Source: Candidatus Saccharimonadota bacterium
GTDB lineage: Bacteria; Patescibacteriota; Saccharimonadia; Saccharimonadales; Saccharimonadaceae
DNA: 64,000 nucleotides
Direction: 5' to 3'
Assembly (NCBI GenBank): GCA_028286285.1
Contig: JAQBRV010000002.1
Span: 116,814-180,813, forward strand
Below the pieces are notes generated by a model, which saw only the letters and a program-made list of their open reading frames with translations, was not told the DNA's origin and searched no databases. The position numbers and the translations under genes are program-made. Shown here piece by piece: positions 49,304 to 57,480 of the stretch; position 1 is the first letter of the stretch, and every line of letters begins with the position of its first letter.

Positions 49304-50266
49304 ATGAGTATGTCAAAAACTAGATTATTATCTATCGTTGTGCCGCTCTTTAATGAGAGCGCTAGCTTCGAGGCGTTTCATGCGTCTCTGGTCGCTGTAC
49401 TCGAAAAATCAATCGAGATGCCTTACGAAATCCTTTATTGTAATGATGGCAGTTGGGATGACACGCTTAAAAAATTGACAGCGGCCGCTCACGAACATCC
49501 AAACATTCGTATCATTAGTTTATCTCGTAATTTCGGTAAAGAGCTGGCTACCACGGCTGGTATTCATGAGGCTCGGGGTAACGCTGTCCTCACTCTTGAC
49601 GCCGACGGTCAACATCCGGTAGAACTTATTCCTGAATTTGTGTCCCGCTGGCTAGCGGGTAGTAAGGTGGTGATTGGTATTCGTACCGCCAACCAAAAGG
49701 AGGGTATTGTTAAGCGCTATGGCTCAAAACTGTTTTATGGGCTTTTTAGTCGCATTACTGGCATGAAGCTTAGTGCTGGTCTGAGCGATTTTCGACTTAT
49801 TGATCGTGCCGTACAGCAAGATTTCATACGTATGACCGAACGTAATCGTATTACACGCGGGCTCGTTGAATGGCTGGGATACCCGCGCGAATATATCAAG
49901 TTCAAAGCGCATCCGCGCCTCGCTGGAGATGCTACCTACTCTATTAGGAAGTTATCAAAGCTGGCGATCGACAGCGCTGTTTCGCTTAGTATTTCGCCTC
50001 TCTACATCACCGCATACATGGGCGCCTTCGTGTTGCCCGTGTCCATACTCTTGGGCCTTGGCATGTTGATTGATACTTTGACGAATGATCCCCTTCATCT
50101 GCATATTACAGGTAGCGCGTACGTCGTTGTGTTACTACTCTTTTTGATAGGAATCTTGCTTATATCACAAGGAATCATTGGCCTGTACTTATCTCATATC
50201 CATTCCGAAACACAAAATCGTCCACTCTATATTATCGATAAAGACAGCTCGCTGGGCATCGAATGA
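49304..50266 (+). CDS. GT2 polyprenyl-phosphate glycosyltransferase (DPM1/ArnC-like)
   Basis: 320 aa. LSIVVPLFNE, DDGSWDDT, LDADGQHP and two C-terminal TM helices. Confidence 0.85.
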   Translation: MSMSKTRLLSIVVPLFNESASFEAFHASLVAVLEKSIEMPYEILYCNDGSWDDTLKKLTAAAHEHPNIRIISLSRNFGKELATTAGIHEARGNAVLTLDADGQHPVELIPEFVSRWLAGSKVVIGIRTANQKEGIVKRYGSKLFYGLFSRITGMKLSAGLSDFRLIDRAVQQDFIRMTERNRITRGLVEWLGYPREYIKFKAHPRLAGDATYSIRKLSKLAIDSAVSLSISPLYITAYMGAFVLPVSILLGLGMLIDTLTNDPLHLHITGSAYVVVLLLFLIGILLISQGIIGLYLSHIHSETQNRPLYIIDKDSSLGIE

Positions 50267-50679
50267 GAGCGGCTGTCAAATCCTTCCTCCGTCACCCCAC
50301 GAGGCGTTACTTGCTTATTGGGCTGAGCGTCTATATTCTTGAGCTCGGTGTTATTGTTGTTGCACAATGGCTCGGTGCTAGTGCGATTATTGCCGTGGCG
50401 CTTAGTTTCTGGCTTGGGGTCGCCGTGTCCTTTTTGTTGCAAAAGTTCATCACGTTTCGAGATACGCGTTTGCATCACCGTGTATTGCTGCCACAGATCA
50501 TTGCGGTATCGATGTTGATACTGTTCAATTTTGGCTTCACGATGGTCATAACGGGATTATTGACAAATCTCCTCCCGGCGGTCGTCATTCGAACGATAGC
50601 GTTGGGTATAACCACGCTCTGGAATTTTTATCTCTATCAGACTCATATCTTCAAAACGAGTGAAGGCCCAGCACGCTGA
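50263..50679 (+). CDS. GtrA family membrane protein
   Basis: 138 aa with four TM helices. Overlaps the GT2 stop by 4 nt. Confidence 0.7.
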   Translation: MRAAVKSFLRHPTRRYLLIGLSVYILELGVIVVAQWLGASAIIAVALSFWLGVAVSFLLQKFITFRDTRLHHRVLLPQIIAVSMLILFNFGFTMVITGLLTNLLPAVVIRTIALGITTLWNFYLYQTHIFKTSEGPAR

Positions 50680-53317
50680 GATGTCGAAACTGAAAAAGAA
50701 GTCCGCTCATTATCTTAAGCTTCTTCGAAAAGAGAGTAAAAAATCTTTTTTCGCCAAGAGGTATGCCGTCGTTGCGGTAGGTATATTGATAGCAACGACT
50801 TTGTACTGGGCACTCCTCGGCACCCAGATACACGCAGGCAATGCGGATCAGCTGGCGAATAGCTTTTTATTTGAAAGTGATGGTACTTTTAAAGCCGCTA
50901 CACTGCCCGATCAGCATACGTTTCTCTTAAAATGGCCAGTCTTCTTACTCATTAAACTATTTGGCTTGACGAGTATTGCATTTACAGCCGTCACTGTAGC
51001 CGCGGTACTTATCACTGTCGGAGCACTCGCTTATATAATGCATCGTATTGAGCGACGGCCATTGATTTTTGGTACGCTGTGTCTCGCTCTCGCTTCCTGC
51101 CTATTACTCGTTCCAATCGAGCCATACCCTGGGGCATCGTTGCCAGTTGGTATGGCAATGATAACGACTCGTAATCTTGAATATATTATCTTTTTAGCCA
51201 GTCTGATTTTATTAATACGATCACAGAGATGGCTGAGCTGGCGATTTATGACCGCTAGTTTACTGATAGCGTTACTCATTGCTAGCGACAAATTATTTCT
51301 CTCGGTTTCTATTGGCGGAGCGGTTCTGGCACTGATTTTTTATGCCACGGCTCGTCGGTGGGCTCTAGCAAAGTTAGCGGCAATGTGGCTCGGCGCGAGT
51401 ATTGCCGGTACAGTGGTGGCGACAGGTGTGCTCTGGCTTATTAATGCTTCGGGTATAACACATATTGCGAGTGGTACGATCGCTGGGCCCTATGCGTTCG
51501 TGCAGACTGGCAAGGAAGTGGTGCTGGGTATTGTCCATGCCATGCTCAGTTTGTTGACGAATCTCGGAGCTAATCCCGCAAGCGATACGCGACTGCTTGG
51601 TACGGTGCCGAGTCAAGCGGCGGCAAGTCTCACAAGTCCACGTGGCCCTGGGCTCATTATTAATGTCTTGATCGCTCTGGCTGGATTCACTGCTGTCGTT
51701 TACATAATCCGTATCAGTATGCAGCGTATCAAGACCAAAAAGAAAGCACGCACAAGAAAGGCAGTTTCACCCCGGGACGAAGCACTCAACATCTCAGCCA
51801 TGCTTATCTGGAGTACGATTGCAGCATGCGGTGCCTTCGTCATTAGTAATCATTATTACCCTGTAGACGCACGCTACGTAGGAATCGCTGTGTTCGCTCT
51901 CTTCATCTCGCTGGCAACCTTTGTACGGAGCTACCGGTTTAAGCGTCCAGAACGGATAGTATTAGTTGGCGCGGTTATTGTAGTAAGTATTTTCATGAGC
52001 TTGGGAGCTGCCACCAGTAGCCATAATGAGGAAAAAGCAGCCCATGCTGACATAGCCGGACGCAATAGCAGTATTCTTGGAGCGATCAAGCACCACCCTG
52101 TCGATGTATTGGTCGGCGACTATTGGCGCGTCTTGCCGATCAAGCTGGCGGCAAAGACTCCACTCGCCATCACTCCGCTGGCCGGCTGCACCCAGAGCCG
52201 CGAGGTGCTCAGCAGCCACATCTGGCAACTAGATTTGCGACACCATAGCTTTGCCTACATACTGACACTAGACCGTGGCATCACCGATGATTATCCATCG
52301 TGTTCGCTCGCACAGGTAACCAAAACGTACGGGCAGCCGAATACAAGCGTTGTACTATCAGGTAGCCTCAAGCAGCCGAAAGAACTCCTGCTGTTTTATG
52401 ACAAGGGTATTCACAAGAGCACGCCAAAAGCCCTTACTCCTTTTTCCCCGTTGGTACCGGCTACTGTAGTTCCAATTGCGATCGAGAGCGCCCCTTATAC
52501 TCGTTGTACAGAACCAACTACTATGAATATCGTGGCACACGAGGATGACGATTTATTATTTATGAACCCCGATCTATTGCATGACATCCAAGCAGGTCGG
52601 TGCATTCGTACCGTGTATGTGACATCTGGAGATGCAGGCACGGATAAATACTATTGGCTTGGTCGTGAAATGGGATCGGAAGACGCCTATCTCAGCATGG
52701 AGGGTCTTGCCGAGGACACTCTCTGGATCCAACGTATTATTAAACTACCGGGCGGCCAGTTCATTACCATTGCTAATCCTCGAGGGAATGCAAAAGTATC
52801 ACTTATCTTTATGCATTTGCCAGATGGTAATGTCGGCGGACAAGGATTTGGTTTATCACACCACGAAAGTTTGAGCTATCTTGAACGTGGCCGAATCCCT
52901 CAAATTCATACCACCGATCACCAATCGACTTACTCCTCGAGCCAACTTGCCGAAGCACTCACTACACTCATGGAGACTTATCGTCCGGACGAGATACGGA
53001 CACAGGCAAACATGGTAGACCGCCGCTATCCCGCTGATCATAGCGACCACATGGCGGTTGGACGGTATGTGAAACAGGCGTATCAAAAATATATCGACAA
53101 TTCAGGTGCGCAGATAATTTCTCCACTGGTATTTTATGTAGGGTACCCTATATCTGGTATGCCGGCTAATGTTGTCGGTGAAGATTTGGCTCAAAAGCAA
53201 CGTGCCTTTTTTACTTACGCCCGCAATGATCTTGCTGTGTGTGGCTCATTGGAGCAATGCTCACACGGCTCGGCATATAGTTCCTACCTGAAGCGTCAAT
53301 ACAAAACTGACTACTAG
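50660..53317 (+). CDS. Fusion protein: GT-C-like multi-TM glycosyltransferase domain plus C-terminal PIG-L/LmbE-family deacetylase domain
   Basis: 885 aa. About 12 TM helices in the first 440 aa. The C-terminal NIVAHEDDDLLFMNPD..VTSGDAG..HSDH matches the LmbE-type AHPDDE/HxDH pattern. Confidence 0.65.
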   Translation: MKAQHAEMSKLKKKSAHYLKLLRKESKKSFFAKRYAVVAVGILIATTLYWALLGTQIHAGNADQLANSFLFESDGTFKAATLPDQHTFLLKWPVFLLIKLFGLTSIAFTAVTVAAVLITVGALAYIMHRIERRPLIFGTLCLALASCLLLVPIEPYPGASLPVGMAMITTRNLEYIIFLASLILLIRSQRWLSWRFMTASLLIALLIASDKLFLSVSIGGAVLALIFYATARRWALAKLAAMWLGASIAGTVVATGVLWLINASGITHIASGTIAGPYAFVQTGKEVVLGIVHAMLSLLTNLGANPASDTRLLGTVPSQAAASLTSPRGPGLIINVLIALAGFTAVVYIIRISMQRIKTKKKARTRKAVSPRDEALNISAMLIWSTIAACGAFVISNHYYPVDARYVGIAVFALFISLATFVRSYRFKRPERIVLVGAVIVVSIFMSLGAATSSHNEEKAAHADIAGRNSSILGAIKHHPVDVLVGDYWRVLPIKLAAKTPLAITPLAGCTQSREVLSSHIWQLDLRHHSFAYILTLDRGITDDYPSCSLAQVTKTYGQPNTSVVLSGSLKQPKELLLFYDKGIHKSTPKALTPFSPLVPATVVPIAIESAPYTRCTEPTTMNIVAHEDDDLLFMNPDLLHDIQAGRCIRTVYVTSGDAGTDKYYWLGREMGSEDAYLSMEGLAEDTLWIQRIIKLPGGQFITIANPRGNAKVSLIFMHLPDGNVGGQGFGLSHHESLSYLERGRIPQIHTTDHQSTYSSSQLAEALTTLMETYRPDEIRTQANMVDRRYPADHSDHMAVGRYVKQAYQKYIDNSGAQIISPLVFYVGYPISGMPANVVGEDLAQKQRAFFTYARNDLAVCGSLEQCSHGSAYSSYLKRQYKTDY

Positions 53318-53340
53318 ATCGGTCGGCTAGTAGATGTCTT

Positions 53341-53583
53341 TCAAGAAAGTTTGGAAGCAAGCCACTCTCTTAATAAGAGCGTTGTGCCGGCGTACGGGAA
53401 TATTGCGTAGAACATGTCAGAAACAGAGTGAGCATTCCGCGCTGCGGTCATAACTACAGTAACTACGAATAACATAGCAACGGCATCGATAAGGTAGCTG
53501 CCAGAGGTAATGGGTACGTGGACAATTTTACTATTTCGGTAAAGTTTCACAGCCTCAGTATACCAGAACATCTTTAATATCAA
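53341..53583 (-). CDS. Small membrane protein
   Basis: 80-aa ORF with two hydrophobic helices. Leftmost unit of the array. Confidence 0.4.
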   Translation of the reverse strand: MILKMFWYTEAVKLYRNSKIVHVPITSGSYLIDAVAMLFVVTVVMTAARNAHSVSDMFYAIFPYAGTTLLLREWLASKLS

Positions 53584-53612
53584 ATATCAGAGATGTTAAA
53601 ATGCATGCATCT

Positions 53613-53649
53613 CGGCTGGGCTTAGTGGATGTGTTTCAAACTTTTCAGG
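53613..53649. repeat. Junction box copy
   Basis: CGGCTGGGCTTAGTGGATGTGTTTCAAACTTTTCAGG. Overlaps the stop codon of ORF 53645-54058. Confidence 0.75.
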
Positions 53650-54058
53650 TCGATGTTGGTAAAATAGCGTACATCGGCACTCCCGGAAGCCTTTTCCTGA
53701 AACCTGACGTCGCCTGAAATATGTTGTTATTGTACGGCAGATTGATCCATGGATCCATCCAACCTTTATTGTGTCGAATGAGATAATGTCCGCTTGGATA
53801 GCGTTTTGATCGCCGAATAAGTACTATAGTGCCTTCCTGGTATATTAATTTTCTAATATGCGGCTTTACATGCTTTGATATGTACCCTGCACCTGCACAA
53901 TTTAGTGCAGTAGTTAAATCATTAACCCAAAATCGCGTACTCACGGCCTGCTTTGAGCCTAATTGTGTCGCTGCTTGCTGGTAATTCAAATTAAGCGCGA
54001 ACGCATAGCAAGCAATCCCGCATCCATGATCAAATTCTTGTGTAACGCTTTCCTTCAT
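53645..54058 (-). CDS. Peptidase C39-like (papain-fold cysteine peptidase) domain protein
   Basis: Start at MKESVTQEF (ATG 54058). FDHGCGIACYAFALN (Cys) and PSGHYLI (His). Confidence 0.55.
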   Translation of the reverse strand: MKESVTQEFDHGCGIACYAFALNLNYQQAATQLGSKQAVSTRFWVNDLTTALNCAGAGYISKHVKPHIRKLIYQEGTIVLIRRSKRYPSGHYLIRHNKGWMDPWINLPYNNNIFQATSGFRKRLPGVPMYAILPTST

Positions 54059-54090
54059 GTAGCTAGTGTAGAATTTATAATTATATAAAC

Positions 54091-54126
54091 AAGTGCAAAA
54101 CAAAAAGACTTTGCAAGGAAGTCTTT
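54091..54126 (-). terminator. Intrinsic terminator-like hairpin (minus strand) following a junction box
   Basis: AAAGACTT/AAGTCTTT stem (54104-54126), followed on the minus strand by a T-rich run. Confidence 0.45.
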
Positions 54127-54133
54127 AACATGC

Positions 54134-54171
54134 TTGGCTGGGCTAGTGGACATATTTAGAACTTTTCAAGG
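54134..54171. repeat. Junction box copy
   Basis: TTGGCTGGGCTAGTGGACATATTTAGAACTTTTCAAGG. Lies 10 nt from the cassette A hairpin. Confidence 0.75.
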
Positions 54172-54580
54172 TAGTTATTTGGGTGAGGAGGTCGATGTTC
54201 AGACCTCCTCACCCTGGGTGAGTTTTGAGTTTGACCACTAGACTTGCGTCTATCATTCATGTGGATGGCAGTGAGGAAACGAGAGTAGAGAACTCAACCA
54301 AGAAACATTCACTCTCTTCACATACCTTTTTCGGTTGCGGCTTATCTTGTCAGCGTTGCTGATCTGACTTAGATAGCCGATGCCCCGCTTGCGCGGAGCG
54401 CCCCTACTGTCGGGTATCTAATCCGACGGGGTATTTCTTTCGGCACGCGATACTTTCGTACCACGGACTCTTGCCAGCACTTAGCGCAACAATGTCACGG
54501 GGTTACCGGCAAAGAGACGAACGCGCATTAGATATTTCACACCTGCACATTCATCATTTTTTATCATAACATTCTTTTAC
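54172..54580 (-). ncRNA. ORF-less cassette A: GC-rich structured RNA containing a 16S 790-loop-like hairpin
   Basis: No ORF of 60 aa or more in any frame across 54104-54664. Minus-strand hairpins capped by GNRA loops: GGUAC-GAAA-GUAUC (54449-54462) and CUCCGC-GCAA-GCGGGG (54383-54398). GUCGG-AUUAGAUAC-CCGAC at 54410-54428. A 13-bp perfect hairpin lies at the 3' end (54181-54214). Confidence 0.5.
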
Positions 54581-54613
54581 CGGAAAATAAAAAGACTTCG
54601 CTAGGAAGTCTTT
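54581..54613 (-). terminator. Intrinsic terminator (minus strand) following a junction box
   Basis: AAAGACTTC-GCTAG-GAAGTCTTT hairpin, followed on the minus strand by TTATTTTCC. Confidence 0.5.
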
Positions 54614-54627
54614 TAGCGTGAGCGTCT

Positions 54628-54659
54628 TGGCTGGGGCTAGTGGATGTGTTTCAGGAAAG
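54628..54659. repeat. Junction box copy
   Basis: TGGCTGGGGCTAGTGGATGTGTTTCAGGAAAG. Lies 5 nt from the Nudix stop codon. Confidence 0.8.
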
Positions 54660-54664
54660 TGAAA

Positions 54665-55066
54665 CTACAAACTTTTTAGAACTTCAGCTAAATATGGCTC
54701 CGCGTTAATAGATTTTATGTTGTCCAAGCTTACCCATTGGTATACCTCATGCTCATCGCTTAAATGTATCTCTGATATATTTTCTTCAATTACGTAAGTA
54801 AGACGCACGACATGGAGGTCTTTGGTAGTCACAAAAATATCTTGTGCGGCTATTAGTTCTGGTGTTGAATATATATCATAACCAACCTCTTCTTTTATCT
54901 CACGTTTTAATGCATCAATTAAGTTCTCGTCTGGATTAATTCTCCCTCCTGGAATGTCCCAAGATGTTTCACTAGAGTCAGTAGTTAGTAAGTTACTTCT
55001 TCGCAGGAATAAGCATTCATTACCACTATTCTTAATAATCGCTTTTACACCAATTTGAAGTATCAT
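54665..55066 (-). CDS. NUDIX hydrolase
   Basis: 133 aa. Nudix box GGRINPDENLIDALKREIKEEVGY. Confidence 0.85.
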   Translation of the reverse strand: MILQIGVKAIIKNSGNECLFLRRSNLLTTDSSETSWDIPGGRINPDENLIDALKREIKEEVGYDIYSTPELIAAQDIFVTTKDLHVVRLTYVIEENISEIHLSDEHEVYQWVSLDNIKSINAEPYLAEVLKSL

Positions 55067-55110
55067 ACATACATTGTAGCAGGAAGGTGGTCTTACCCTT
55101 CATTAAACTT

Positions 55111-55557
55111 TTAAGTCAAAATGTCTAGCATTGCATCCTGCTCATTAAGCGAAAGTGGTTCAAATTTATCTCTGCTCCATCGCAAAGCTTCTGTGTATGC
55201 TTCCTCGCCTGGATTACTGGGTAGGATATGAAAATGAACATGATTCATTTTTACTCCGTCCTGATCTATAGAAGGTCTTGTTTTTTGCCACACATCAACC
55301 CCAAGAGCAATCGTCCCCAAAAGACGTCTATATATAGGTGAAATAAGTTCATGTATCGCCTGTACCTCATCGCTACTCAAATCATCCAATGACTCTGAGT
55401 GTCTTTTAGGTATAACCAAACTATGTCCAGTCACTAAGCGTGGCGATGAAAGTAGGCTTATCGCGTGTTCATTGGAGCTTATCATTCTTTCAGAAAAGCT
55501 TGAAGGTTCACAAAAATTGCATTCGCTGCTCGACATCATGATCAAGTATTTGGCCAT
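55111..55557 (-). CDS. HIT (histidine triad) family protein
   Basis: HVHFHILP triad and a CNFC N-terminal motif. The start is uncertain (the track ORF extends to 55611; alternatives at 55557 or about 55539). Confidence 0.75.
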   Translation of the reverse strand: MAKYLIMMSSSECNFCEPSSFSERMISSNEHAISLLSSPRLVTGHSLVIPKRHSESLDDLSSDEVQAIHELISPIYRRLLGTIALGVDVWQKTRPSIDQDGVKMNHVHFHILPSNPGEEAYTEALRWSRDKFEPLSLNEQDAMLDILT

Positions 55558-55608
55558 AGGTATGAAATTGCAAGCACAACCATAAAACAAAAAAATACCA
55601 TGATTGAC

Positions 55609-55661
55609 CATAGTGTTTATACTGGGCTGGGGCTAGTGGATGTGTTGAGAACTTTTGAGAC
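55609..55661. repeat. Junction box copy with left extension
   Basis: CATAGTGTTTATACTGGGCTGGGGCTAGTGGATGTGTTGAGAACTTTTGAGAC. Lies 4 nt from the MazG-like stop codon. Confidence 0.8.
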
Positions 55662-55665
55662 AGGG

Positions 55666-56022
55666 CTAATCGTTGTTTAACATGAGTAAGCGCAACTTGA
55701 ATCCGCCACGCTTTTGACGCTTTTCATCTTGAATAGCTTGGATTTGTTCAAGAGAGACGCCTTTTAGTTCGAGGATTGCATCTAGAATCTCTCTTACATC
55801 TGCAATTTCTTCAAGGATATTCGAATCAGTTACCGCGTTCTCTAGCTCTTGTGCCTCTTCGGTAACTTTTTTAAGAAGGAAATGTAAAAACTCTTCATCA
55901 TCAAGTGTTCTTGTATCAACTTCTCTACCGTCAGCTAGTATAATCTCCGGAATCCGATCTCGAATTAATTTAGGGTATTCGTTTTCTGCTGGTAGATCAG
56001 TGATCGTATGTTCAAATGTCAT
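55666..56022 (-). CDS. MazG-like / all-alpha NTP pyrophosphohydrolase family protein
   Basis: Start at MTFEHTITD (ATG 56022). KLIRDRIPEII, EEAQELENA, EEIADVREILDAI and QDEKRQKRGGF. Confidence 0.7.
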   Translation of the reverse strand: MTFEHTITDLPAENEYPKLIRDRIPEIILADGREVDTRTLDDEEFLHFLLKKVTEEAQELENAVTDSNILEEIADVREILDAILELKGVSLEQIQAIQDEKRQKRGGFKLRLLMLNND

Positions 56023-56066
56023 AATTTGATTATAGCAAACAAAAGACCTCACAGTGGAGTCATTCG

Positions 56067-56112
56067 TATAGCGCTTATGCTCGGCTGAGCTAGTGGGTAT
56101 TTCAGGAAATGG
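56067..56112. repeat. Junction box copy with left extension
   Basis: TATAGCGCTTATGCTCGGCTGAGCTAGTGGGTATTTCAGGAAATGG. Abuts the stop codon at 56113. Confidence 0.75.
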
Positions 56113-56304
56113 TTATTGATTCTGCTGATTCATCGCTGCAATTTGGTCACTAAACCTTTTCAGTTCAGCTTGAGATTGGTAGAAATCACTCAATAGCTGA
56201 TCATCGACCCCCTCTTGCAAGATGCCCTTGCTCTGCACCTTTGCCATAATATCGGTTGCTCGTCTCAGTACTGCACCATATGCTTCTATAAATTCTGGAG
56301 TCAT
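56113..56304 (-). CDS. Small helical hypothetical protein
   Basis: 63-aa ORF. Its stop abuts a junction box. Confidence 0.4.
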   Translation of the reverse strand: MTPEFIEAYGAVLRRATDIMAKVQSKGILQEGVDDQLLSDFYQSQAELKRFSDQIAAMNQQNQ

Positions 56305-56364
56305 GCTCTTACTATACGCTGGTACTAGCTGTAAAGGTATAGGCCGCCCAAGTCAGAGTATTAT

Positions 56365-56392
56365 TTGGGGCTAGTGGATGTTTCAGGAAGAA
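56365..56392. repeat. Junction box copy (left part missing)
   Basis: TTGGGGCTAGTGGATGTTTCAGGAAGAA. Confidence 0.7.
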
Positions 56393-56463
56393 TTACAACT
56401 TACGAATCGCACCTTCATGGCGTTCGCCTAGTTCGCGAAGATGTGCGGGTACAGTCGCTAGTC

Positions 56464-56934
56464 CTATCGCAGACATAACCCCCCTGAAATATGTGTAAGT
56501 GTTTCGTTGCCTCCTGCTGACATTGACATGAATGCTGCAGTCGCTAGATTTGTCGCCTTCTGATAAGACTGACCCTTGGTTACTTCGCCTGTCTTTAGTA
56601 GGTGGACACTATTGAAAGTGCCTGCAGCAATAGCACGCGCCGCCAGAACTATCGCGTATGGGACTGAAGCCGGATTAGTTTTTGTAATTTCATATGTGAC
56701 CCTCGCAATAGATAAATGGTCGACAACACCATCTGCAACTCTACGCATTGGAGTATCGGCGTTAAATTTTCTTAAGATTGCACCATCAAGAACATCAGCT
56801 ATGACAAATGCTGCCATATGACCACAGATTGGTTTATGTTGATCAACTCGACGAGCCATTTTCTCGGCAAGTAAATATCTGGCACCTGTCAGTGCTATGC
56901 CTGGCAACTCTTTAGAAATATGCGATATCTTCAC
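56464..56934 (-). CDS. Short CDP-alcohol phosphatidyltransferase-like protein
   Basis: 156 aa, GTG start. DVLDGAILRKFNADTPMRRVADGVVDH fits D-x2-DG-x2-AR-x8-G-x3-D-x3-D, except that the Gly is replaced by Arg. Confidence 0.45.
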   Translation of the reverse strand: MKISHISKELPGIALTGARYLLAEKMARRVDQHKPICGHMAAFVIADVLDGAILRKFNADTPMRRVADGVVDHLSIARVTYEITKTNPASVPYAIVLAARAIAAGTFNSVHLLKTGEVTKGQSYQKATNLATAAFMSMSAGGNETLTHISGGLCLR

Positions 56935-56982
56935 TCAGATCAATATTAGCAAAAATACCCCATACAATATATAGGGTATTTT

Positions 56983-57030
56983 TATAGTGCTTATGCTCGG
57001 CTGGGGCTAGTGGACGTGTTTCAGGAAGAA
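56983..57030. repeat. Junction box copy with left extension
   Basis: TATAGTGCTTATGCTCGGCTGGGGCTAGTGGACGTGTTTCAGGAAGAA. Confidence 0.85.
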
Positions 57031-57383
57031 TCAATTCATGGATAGTCGCGGTGGACGAGGGGTTCATTCATCCCTCGTCCACCGCTTATAGCGAGCAGTA
57101 CTAGAGCCTTCGGCTATATTAACTCGAAGGTCGTGCCTCATCCAGTGACTGGTATTCAAAGATCGACTCCACGACAACTTGCGCCGTCGCTTCATTGTCT
57201 CCCAGCTATCCTATACATCTGGAATATTGACTCTACGTACCTAGGTGTGAGGAACCGAACCCCGCAAGCGCAGATCAATCTACGCAGGCCACCCAACGTC
57301 ACCATATTCGCAAGATTATTATATCCGGCTTCGTAACAAAACTACAAGCATAAACAAGAAGACTTCCGAAGGGATCTTGATTC
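57031..57383 (-). ncRNA. ORF-less cassette B: GC-rich structured RNA
   Basis: No convincing ORF (only a 67-aa plus-strand ORF of odd composition). A 14-bp perfect hairpin at 57048-57085 lies directly next to the box, as in cassette A. On the minus strand, the GACGGC-GCAA-GUUGUC hairpin has G-U pairs that would be A-C mismatches on the plus strand. Confidence 0.4.
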
Positions 57384-57431
57384 TATAGTGCTTATGCTCG
57401 GCTGGGGCTAGTGGATGTGTTTCAGGAAGAA
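57384..57431. repeat. Junction box copy with left extension
   Basis: TATAGTGCTTATGCTCGGCTGGGGCTAGTGGATGTGTTTCAGGAAGAA. 47/48 identical to the copy at 56983. Confidence 0.85.
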
Positions 57432-57480
57432 ACTGCGGCTATAACAATAGAAAACGGAGTTAGTATAATCAATCAAATGC

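Noticed and set aside
57031-57397. rRNA-derived origin for cassette B, and for the junction box itself. Shared 7-8-mers with 16S/23S include AUAGCUGG, AAUAUUCC, UGAAUAC, UCACACC and CCUGAAAC.
   Set aside because: Matches of this length are expected by chance against 4.5 kb of rRNA, and they are not collinear with either rRNA. Only the 13-mer hairpin in cassette A is long enough to be notable.
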